The translations under genes and the position numbers were made by a program. Below are positions 24,616 to 33,527 of a stretch of 64,000 nt of DNA, one piece after another (the first letter of the stretch is position 1; each line of letters begins with the position of its first letter). Under the pieces are notes generated by a model, which saw only the letters and a list, made by a program, of their open reading frames with translations, was not told the DNA's origin and searched no databases. Source of the stretch: Haliotis cracherodii (lineage: Eukaryota); assembly GCF_022045235.1 (NCBI RefSeq), contig NW_027266264.1, positions 13,206,001 through 13,270,000 of the forward strand. The letters run 5' to 3'.

Positions 24616-25920
24616 ATGGCCTCAAGGTTCCCAGTCATCTTCTCGGATACGACACATTTCGACAGCGACACGACAGCAGAAGTGAAGTCATCATTAAACA
24701 TCAGCGATGAGGAGAAGAACCGTTATTTATCCCACCTTGACGACTCGATGTTTCCCTTGAGGATACCAGCCGTGGTATATCTTGCCATCCTAATGGTTCT
24801 GGGTATTTTCGGAAACATTCTTGTGCTGATCGTGTACCTTAAGAAATTCAAACCAAGCCCGACCCGTGTGTTTGTGGTGTGTCTGGCTGTGTTTGACCTC
24901 ATGACATGCGTCGTTTCAATCCCAGGGGAGATCCTGGGCATGAGGTACAGTCACACGTTCGACTACCCAGCCGTGTGTAAAATAATACGATTCAACAACA
25001 CATTCTCCGTGGTGTCCTCAGCATTCACGCTCATAGCTGTTACTATAGAGAGATACAGGAAGATATGTCGGCCTTTGAACAAACAGATCACCATCAGAGT
25101 CGCGCGCATCGTGGTAGGGATCGCTGTGTCCGTATCACTAGTCTTCACCATCCCGACAGTTATTGTCAGCGGTAGGAAAACGGTCAAAACAGACAAAGAG
25201 GAAATAACAGGCTTCGAGTGTTCCTTTGACGACGGGTGGCGCGATACTCTGTTCCCCGTGGTCTATATAGGAGTCGAATTCCTTATCTTCTTCGGTTCTC
25301 TGACTGTCCTGGTAGTTATGTACATCCTCATTGGCAGGACTGTGTTTAAACACCGGAAATTTAAATTCCGTCCGGTCAAGGATACGGAACATCACTCTTC
25401 GAATTACACAACCGAGACGTCATTTAAAGATGGAACTGAGAATGGGATCGCCTTCCGTAACATATCGTCACCCACAGCTACTTGCAATATTTCCAATTCA
25501 AACAATGGGACGCTTGGTTTTGACGGTTCGTCTGAGACAAGTTGTACATGTATGAATGACACCTCAGCACAACCCAAGACGTGTAAAGAAGACAAATCCT
25601 CGAATAGTGTGAGATCCATAAGAAATAATGCTGCAAAACCAAAAGAAAAATCAAGGCCCAGAGCGATGAAAACAACGCTTATGTTGTTCATCATCACAGT
25701 GGTGTTCATCATCAGTTTCTTACCTCATCTGATCCTGATGATAACTCGATTTATCAAATCCGACTTTCTGGACTCTTTACAAGGAGCAGGATTCATGGTA
25801 TATAATATATTCCTACGCTCATACTTCATACAGAGTGCAGTTAACTGCATTGTGTACAGTTTCTGCAATGAAAGATTCAGAAATGAGTGGAGGAAACTAC
25901 TCGTTTCTTGTTATCGTTGA
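24616..25920 (+). CDS. Class A GPCR tandem copy A (type I, 434 aa)
   Basis: Acceptor TTTTATTTCAG ends at 24597; AACATGG start at 24616. 7 TM, GN, LAVFD, IERYRKICRP, long Ser/Thr-rich ICL3, SFLP, NCIVY. Confidence 0.93.
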   Translation: MASRFPVIFSDTTHFDSDTTAEVKSSLNISDEEKNRYLSHLDDSMFPLRIPAVVYLAILMVLGIFGNILVLIVYLKKFKPSPTRVFVVCLAVFDLMTCVVSIPGEILGMRYSHTFDYPAVCKIIRFNNTFSVVSSAFTLIAVTIERYRKICRPLNKQITIRVARIVVGIAVSVSLVFTIPTVIVSGRKTVKTDKEEITGFECSFDDGWRDTLFPVVYIGVEFLIFFGSLTVLVVMYILIGRTVFKHRKFKFRPVKDTEHHSSNYTTETSFKDGTENGIAFRNISSPTATCNISNSNNGTLGFDGSSETSCTCMNDTSAQPKTCKEDKSSNSVRSIRNNAAKPKEKSRPRAMKTTLMLFIITVVFIISFLPHLILMITRFIKSDFLDSLQGAGFMVYNIFLRSYFIQSAVNCIVYSFCNERFRNEWRKLLVSCYR

Positions 25921-27697
25921 GGGAAAGCAGCTGATATGTAAGACACGGGAGGAAAGTTTGGAACATAAACAGAACACATTGTCATGTGATGAACGCACAA
26001 CAAACATGTTCAATCATCGGTTAAATGTTTTGCTGTTCATTCCATGCGTTACGGAACGATGACACTTGGATGAATAAATCGTTACAATTTGTTGATAATC
26101 ACAACTTGACGGATGGCTGCCGCTATACAACGATCAATGAAGAGAGACGTGACTTATTGTGACGTTATACATTTATGATACATGTAACACCGTCAAGAAG
26201 CACCAAGGACACGACTTCAGAAACTGCAACGTTGTCTTCTCTGGACCACCTGAGACTGAGAGATTGTCTGCACAAGATGGGTCCACGACAGGAACTGCTA
26301 TGCCTTGTACCGAGACATCCCCATAAAGCCCTATTCTATCTATTTAATTTATCTGTTATCACCTGCTACATCCCCAGTTGACATATTAATAACTTTTAAG
26401 GCATACAGCGACCTGATATAATTTTCAGTAATCTCGACTATCAACATGNNNNNNNNNNNNNNNNNNNNNNNNNNNNNNNNNNNNNNNNNNNNNNNNNNNN
26501 NNNNNNNNNNNNNNNNNNNNNNNNNNNNNNNNNNNNNNNNNNNNNNNNNNNNNNNNNNNNNNNNNNNNNNNNNNNNNNNNNNNNNNNNNNNNNNNNNNNN
26601 NNNNNNNNNGTTACATATATCACATGTAAAATAAGCATCCTGAAACACATGGACGACTAGTAACCAACTGTTCTTCATATGCTGATATTAACACATGTTG
26701 CAGTGGGATCGAAACGATGACTGGAAGGATAGGCTGTTTAGATGTATGTATGTGGAAGACAGCACGGATTGTAACATTGTACCACTAGTTTACCATTATA
26801 ACATCGTAACACCAGTTTACCACGAATCTGATTCTAATGAACGTCATTCATTATCATGCCAACATATCAGATTCAACTCATGTCAGAACTCAACAGATGT
26901 CACTGTATTCCAAGTATCACTTTACACATACACGTAGAAAAGGATGTTTTGCTATTTAGTATCTCAAATAACATGTTTATCACACCCAGAAACCGCAATA
27001 AATATTCAAAATCGATATCTTCAGGATCACGAGTAGCACAGCTACAAGTAAATTTGTAAACGGAAGGTCGAGTCTCCCACTCATTGGTCGCTCGACCTAA
27101 TGTTTTCCAGTAACGACTGCTCGTAAATGCAACATATTGATAGTGATATCATGAATATTTTATGCACGGATAAGTTGTAATGGATAAGTTGCAAACGTTT
27201 CATTCGAGTTATATACGTGCATGTCAATATTTTACTGTCTTTTGATGTTAAGGTGATCTAATTCTTGTGATTTTCAAATTGAAACATTGTTAGACATATT
27301 TATGCTTCACAATTGTATCAGGAAATAAATAAAATCTCACTCTGTTGTCTCTTGTTATCACATACGTATAAACCAACATCTGTCCATCAAAATAATACAC
27401 AGACTGGAAACATTTCTCCTTTCATCGACTCGTGTTTCAATATTTACATTTAGTACTAACTACTAAATGACTTTATCGCGCGTATCCAAACCATGGGCTA
27501 ATTACGTCTGTAACCCAATCACCCCTCGTAACTCAATCACCCCGGGCCACCACTCGGCACCGTGCCCGGGGAATAATCCCGCGCAAGCATCATCCCGCCC
27601 TTTGTTAGTCCGTCATTCGCGAGCAGCCCTTCCCCAAGTACACACGTGTGTCACTGTATCTAATCGCTTTCCCATTTTACGTTTCCTTTGTACCCAG

Positions 27698-27832
27698 TCG
27701 CGAACGTTTCGCCGATTACGCTTTGAATACCATCTATTCCAACACTCGCCGTATCGCATTTACACAATCGCGACCGTTTCGCCGATTACGCTTTGAATAC
27801 CATCTATTTCAGCACTCGCCGTATCGCATTTA
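27698..27832 (+). repeat. 2 x 70-bp direct repeat in the 5' leader of the retrotransposon
   Basis: TCGCGA(A/C)CGTTTCGCCGATTACGCTTTGAATACCATCTATT... at 27698 and 27768. Confidence 0.9.
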
Positions 27833-27910
27833 TTCCGCTCTACTCCCGAACTTCACCCTCGGGACAATTTACGCTTGTGGAATACCAACTCACCACCCCG
27901 ACTTTTCGTG

Positions 27911-29056
27911 ATGCCTCCCAAGAGAAGAGCAACCGTCAACCACAAGCTTGTGAGGGGAGCCAAGCAGGCCAGGACAACCAGAAGACAAACCCCGGGAGTA
28001 CACATTGTACTGGAGACAACAGCTGATGGCGAGTCTGCCAATTACGGAAATATCGAAGGTGGCAACAGAATTAACGTACAATCGGCGCAGCTTGTAAATG
28101 CCGCGCAGGTTGCCAACTCGGCTACCCAGGTAAACGAGCAACTGGGAAAAATACTCCAGTTGCTGGAACATACAGCGCCCGGCCCGGTTAGCGCAAACCA
28201 ACAGGTAAGGCTTGGTTTTAGTTCTCCCGCCATTTCGCCCAACATAGGGAGAATCCCCGATGCGCACAACGAGGCCGACGGTGACGCGGCCCCAGCCAAT
28301 CACATCGCCGGATACGGGGATTCCCTTTCCTTCCGTGCGGACGGAATAGACGCGCACGTCAAACAACAGGTGAGGGAAAAAATCTGGCCTGGCGAGTATG
28401 TCGACCTCGGCACAATACTACCAAACACCGAGGGAAGTCACGAGGACGGTACGATTACCATGGCGTATGACTCCTCAGGTAAGGTAATTTTTAAACCAAT
28501 AAAACAGCAACCAAAGCGCCTGTCCCTGGCAAGCTGGACTTCAGCTTTCCACATTTTCATGTGTACTTACGTTAGTAGGCACTCCGAGGTCCGCACAACC
28601 CAAGGGTTGCTGTCCTACATGGAAACCATAAGAACGGCGGCACTTCGATTCGGGGGGGATGCCTGGTCAACCTACGACCAACAATTCCGACACAGAATGT
28701 CAAGGGACCCCTCACGACGCTGGGACAACATCGACGGGGAGTTGTGGCTGAAGTACATGGTAACACAGCCGGTACTACAACCAGAATCAGGCGGACGGGG
28801 CGCAATGACACGCGTACAGGGGGACATCGCCAGTCAGGTATGCTGGGATTTCAATAAATTTGGCTGTAGCAGGGTCAACTGTAAGTACACTCACAAATGC
28901 GGTAAGTGTGGCAAACATTCCCATAGCTCTAGGACCTGCTTTCGAGGGAATGGGGTCCAACCGACCCCATACAAGCCCAATCAGCCCTTTCCTAACAGAA
29001 AACCAGCCGGCAAGGCAGGTAAATTCAGTGGCCCCTTCCCCCGTGGATCTCAATGA
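27911..29056 (+). CDS. gag: Gag-like ORF1 of the YR retrotransposon
   Basis: Starts MPPKRR. Carries KIW.GEYVDL, W..YD.QFR and C-terminal CWDFNKFGCSRVNCKYTH + CGKCGKHSHSSRTC zinc fingers, typical of DIRS/Ngaro ORF1. Confidence 0.88.
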   Translation: MPPKRRATVNHKLVRGAKQARTTRRQTPGVHIVLETTADGESANYGNIEGGNRINVQSAQLVNAAQVANSATQVNEQLGKILQLLEHTAPGPVSANQQVRLGFSSPAISPNIGRIPDAHNEADGDAAPANHIAGYGDSLSFRADGIDAHVKQQVREKIWPGEYVDLGTILPNTEGSHEDGTITMAYDSSGKVIFKPIKQQPKRLSLASWTSAFHIFMCTYVSRHSEVRTTQGLLSYMETIRTAALRFGGDAWSTYDQQFRHRMSRDPSRRWDNIDGELWLKYMVTQPVLQPESGGRGAMTRVQGDIASQVCWDFNKFGCSRVNCKYTHKCGKCGKHSHSSRTCFRGNGVQPTPYKPNQPFPNRKPAGKAGKFSGPFPRGSQ

Positions 29057-30646
29057 AATGGCACCCTGGTTACGCCAATATGCTAGGGTCAATTACAGAG
29101 ATGCAAATTATTTATGGGTAGGTTTTAGCTTTGGCTTTAAGCTCGAGTTCTAGGGAAGCCGCACGGGTCGCCTGGCACGAAACTTGCGATCAGCCACACA
29201 CCAAGATACGGCAGGCTACGTGAAACAAAAACTACAAAAGGAAGTCGACCTTGGCAGGATGGCGGGCCCCTTCAAGGACACCCCCCTAGACAACCTCCAA
29301 GTATCCCCAATAGGCCTGGTGACCAAGAAGCAGCCAGGATATGGTCAGCACCTGGGTAAGCATGCGGAGGAATTCCGTCTAATTCACCATCTATCCTATC
29401 CCAGGGGTAAATCTATAAATGACTTCATAGACACAGAGGCCTGCTCCGTTGTGTACGCCAGATTTGATGAAGCTACCCAGATGGTGCAACAACTGGGAAA
29501 GGGAGCATTACTAGCAAAATTCGACATTCAGTCGGCCTTTAGAATTATACCAGTCCACCCATCCGATTTCGAGCTGCTAGGCATCAGATTCGAATTGAGT
29601 TCTATTTCGATAAATGCTTACCATTTGGCTGCTCCATATCTTGCGCCATATTTGAAACGTTTAGTACCTTCTTGCAATGGTGCATGCAATCGCATCTTCC
29701 AACGTGTCCGGTCATGCATTACCTGGATGACTTCCTAACGGGGGGCAGAGCAGGCACCAGCCACTGCTCAGACAACCTCAACGGATGCGTGAATACACTT
29801 GAACAGCTTGGGGTTCCTATTGCGCACGACAAGACGGTGGGCCCCACAACCAAACTGACATTCCTAGGGCTGGAAATCGACACCATTGCAATGCAGATCA
29901 GAATCCCAGAGCCCAAGATCAAGGAGGCAACAAGGGAAATCCAAGACATCCTGTCAACAGGTAACATCAAGGTCACAAAAAGGGCCCTTCAGTCCCTCAT
30001 AGGCAAGCTTAACTTTATGTGCAGGGCTATACCAATGGCAAGGGCATTCAGCCGCAGGCTAATCGATCTGCTTAGCAAAGGTAAGCAACCATTTCACCAC
30101 ATTAGGATTACCAGCTGGGTCAAGGAAGACCTACAAATGTGGTTAACATTTCTTACGAGTTATAACGGCATTTCAGTGTTTCAGGACCAACTATGGGTGG
30201 ACAGCGATTTCCTCCAGCTGTTTTCAGACGCAGCGGGTGGCGCCGGCTTTGGGGCCTACATGCAGGGCAAATGGTTTAACGGCGCATTGCCACCCCAGTG
30301 GGTGACGGATGGAACTACACGGGACTTGACGCTCCTGGAGCTGTTCCCCATCACACTGGCCATCCAAATCTGGGGCAAGCAACTCGCAAACAAAAAGGTC
30401 CTCTTTTACTGCGACAACCAAGCCGTCGTAACAATAATCAACAAGCAGTCAACCAAGGCCCCCAGAGTGATGAGCCTACTCCGTCGCCTAATCCTGCAGT
30501 GTCTCCGATATAATATTATGTTTAAGGCAAAGTATGTATGTTCCACTGCTAACACTATTGCCGATGCTCTCTCGAGGTTTCAGCTCAAACGCTTCCGAGA
30601 GGATCAGAACCCCACACCTATCCCGTGCAACATATGGCTGATCTGA
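28860..30646 (+). pseudogene. pol: Reverse transcriptase-RNase H ORF with one in-frame stop and one frameshift
   Basis: GFSFGFKLEF*G (TAG 29151-29153), GRMAGPF, SPIGLV.KK, FRLIHHLSYP, AKFDIQSAF; frameshift near 29598 (should read FYFDKCLPFG); HYLDDF; RNase H motifs FSDAA, LELFPI, CDNQAVV, IADALSR. Start position uncertain. Confidence 0.92.
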
Positions 30647-31557
30647 GGCAGGAAGCCGGCAGACTCCTACAACAATCTCTGTCTACTAATACATGGGCCA
30701 CTTACCAAACAGGCATCAATGCCTTGCACCAGTTCCGGTCCGCACACCAGCTACAAGAGGTGTGGCCAGTCCCGCTGGATCAGGTCGTAAACTTTATTGC
30801 TTATCTGTCAGTCACTCACCACTCCCCTAACACAGTCAAGACTTACATTGCAGCGCTGTCTTCACACCACAAATTCCACGGGCTCACCGACTGTACAAAC
30901 CATTTCCTGGTAGGCAAGATTGTAACCGGCTTACACAAATCAGCGGGCCGACCAGACACCAGAAAACCGATCACTGCAGATCTGCTGCAGGTAGTAACCA
31001 ACAATCTGCCTCACGTATGCTCATCAGCATATGAAGCCAGGCTGTTCAAGGCAGTCTACTGCACAGCATTCTTCGGTTTCTTTAGGGTTAGCGAACTCGT
31101 CCAAACTGGACCCTCAAAAACAGGTTGCGCCATCCAGAATTTAAGCTTCTCGGGCAACCCCCAGCAGCTTTCAATCCATTTACCACACTCAAAGTCTGAT
31201 CAGTACAGGATGGGGACAACAGTTACAATGTCACCTATACCAGGTAATCCGCTATGTCCGGTAGTCGCCATCAAGCACTACCTGGAGGCGCGCCCCTCCG
31301 GCCCACAACATGCATTCGTCCACTTTGACCATTCCCCCGTTACAAGGTACCAATTCCAGGCACTCCTAAAAAAGGCCTTAGCACACAGCAACATAAACAC
31401 GGCCTGCTATTCTTCGCACTCCTTCCGCATTGGGGCAGCCACATCAGCAGCCATGAACGGGGTGCCTGAACACCTCGTACAACAATACGGCAGGTGGAAA
31501 TCAGATTGCTACAATGCTTACATACGCTTACCAACAAATTCAATGTTGCACAATTAA
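30634..31557 (+). CDS. Tyrosine recombinase (phage integrase family), intact
   Basis: Catalytic set FRVSE (R), SKSDQ (K), HSFR, GRW and Y in DCYNAY; overlaps the end of RT-RH. Confidence 0.95.
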   Translation: MADLRQEAGRLLQQSLSTNTWATYQTGINALHQFRSAHQLQEVWPVPLDQVVNFIAYLSVTHHSPNTVKTYIAALSSHHKFHGLTDCTNHFLVGKIVTGLHKSAGRPDTRKPITADLLQVVTNNLPHVCSSAYEARLFKAVYCTAFFGFFRVSELVQTGPSKTGCAIQNLSFSGNPQQLSIHLPHSKSDQYRMGTTVTMSPIPGNPLCPVVAIKHYLEARPSGPQHAFVHFDHSPVTRYQFQALLKKALAHSNINTACYSSHSFRIGAATSAAMNGVPEHLVQQYGRWKSDCYNAYIRLPTNSMLHN

Positions 31558-31604
31558 ATCAAATAGTCTTTCATGGTACTTACTACACTTCTTATTGTTT
31601 ACAG

Positions 31605-32149
31605 TTTGGATGGTGGGATCCAGCTACATGGCCAGGGCTAGGCAGTACTTGCTCCTGAAGGGCACCAGCCCGAACCAACCGAGGATGCTATGGCTGGCAC
31701 GAGGGGGGATGAGGTGGAAGGAGCTGGACACCATTCTGGATGCACAGGTCAAGGCGACACGGCGTAGCCCCAGAGCCCTCATCATTCACCTGGGCTCCGA
31801 CGACCTGTGCTCGGTCAAAGGCAGCCAACTCTACCTTGACATGGTGGCATCAGTCCTTCGGATACAACTCCAGCTTCCTGACACCAAGATCATCGTATCC
31901 TCAATGCTGCCCAGGCGCTACTGGCACGATGCCAGGGATCCACGAAAGATCGAGGGGATGCGGAAGAATATCAACCGCCGACTGACCAACCGAGTCAAAG
32001 AGCTCGGCGGTACAACAGTGCCACATCCCCAGATCCTGGCATCTGACAAGACATGGTACGCCTGGGAGGGCGTCCACCTCAGTGACAAAGGACTGTGTGT
32101 GTTTACGGACAATTTATTGCATGCCCTGGCGCTCGTTTTGCGCCAGTAA
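31605..32149 (+). CDS. SGNH/GDSL hydrolase-like ORF of the retrotransposon
   Basis: Blocks VGSS, RGG, IHLGSDD and EGVHL correspond to GDS / G / GxND / DGxH. Begins after a strong splice acceptor (AG at 31603-31604); first ATG is 31610. Confidence 0.85.
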
Positions 32150-33527
32150 GGATATTATCTCCACAGGTTAGTGTTTCCTTTCAGTACATAAGCAAGCCGG
32201 GCAACAATGCTATCTCCGCGTATCGCGTGGCCGTGGGTGTGGGGTAGCACTCTGGTACTTTGTGGCGGGGTTCTTGTGGGCTACACTGCTAGTAACAAAT
32301 TAACTTGCTTCCAAATTAATACTCGTGCTTAAGGCTACCTGCTTTTCAGCGGGAACCTTTCCGGGGTTACCTGCTTCTCAGTGGGAACCTTGTCTTCCCG
32401 ACTTTTCAGCCGGGGAATCGTAGAATAACATACGTTGGGGCAAACAGTTGCCACGTATATGGGCCCGGCGGCGGAAGTCGTCTTGTCAAGCGGTAGCTGA
32501 CAGTTGGGTCCGCGGCGGGAGCCGCACAATGGTTTTGCAAATGGGGCCGGGCAGTGGGATCTGCTTTGGCCGTCTACCTGGGGCCGGGCAGCGGCAGTCT
32601 GACTTAGGCCAGCAGCGTGGAGCTGCTTTTGGCAACGTGGGAGTTGCCAAGCAATGGTAGCGTTTAAATATGCTACCGTGGGGGCCGGACAGCGGTAGCA
32701 GTCTCAGGCCAGCAGCGCTAGCTGCAATCGCCGTCGGCCACGCGCGTGGCCATGGCAACGGTAGCATTTTTGGTATATACAATTAGCAGCTAAGTAGCCC
32801 ACTAGTACCTGCACACCCTCGGCCATTTAACCCAATCTCATCTTCTGTTTTATTACAGGCACGGGCACCAACGGCTCGGTGGCCCGTGCCTCTCCTTGGC
32901 ATATCGCGGGATAATTGATATCAAAAGCCACCTTAGTGAGATTATATCTGTACGGAAGCGTAGTAGGGCACGGTGAATTGTTTTGTCAAAGTATCTGCCA
33001 CGAAGGACTTATTATCTCCTACGTAGGACTTACTATGGACTAGAATAACTATATCCTACGTAGGACTTAGTATGGACTAGAATAACCATCTCCTACGTGG
33101 GACTTAGTATCTCCTACGTAGGAGATAGTAAGTCCTACGTAGGAAATAGAATATAACCTTTTATTCCTCCATAAAGAAGAGTACAAAAAAAGCAGAAACT
33201 AATAGATGAACATTTATCAGAACAACATATTATTTTGCATGAAATATGCAGAATGGTAATGCTGATGTATTGAGAGTTAGTTGAACACCATTTTAAACAT
33301 TGGCTTGACATATTTTACACACACTCGTGCAAAGTCATCAGCATCTTTGTCACATAGTCTGTAATCTGTTCTACAAGACAACATGCATTCAGTGAGCTTT
33401 GCTGAGTCCATACCATGCAGGTAGCAGCTAAAGTCGACATCACCGATATTGATCAACTCCATCCAGAGCTGATCACGAATATCGCACGTACATCGCACGT
33501 GTTATCACATACGTATAAACCAACATC

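Larger units (their letters stand above)
27446..32914 (+). mobile_element. Full-length tyrosine-recombinase retrotransposon (DIRS order, Ngaro-like ORF set), 5469 bp
   Basis: ORF order gag / RT-RH / YR / SGNH. Ends defined by the empty sites CAATAT-TT-GATATC at 39890-39903 and 60638-60651. Only TT is shared at the two junctions; there is no TSD. Confidence 0.95.

Noticed and set aside
26695-27059. Small ORFs recurring after each GPCR copy (MLQWDRNDDW...)
   Set aside because: Recurrence is explained by recent duplication of 3' flanks; no coding signature.
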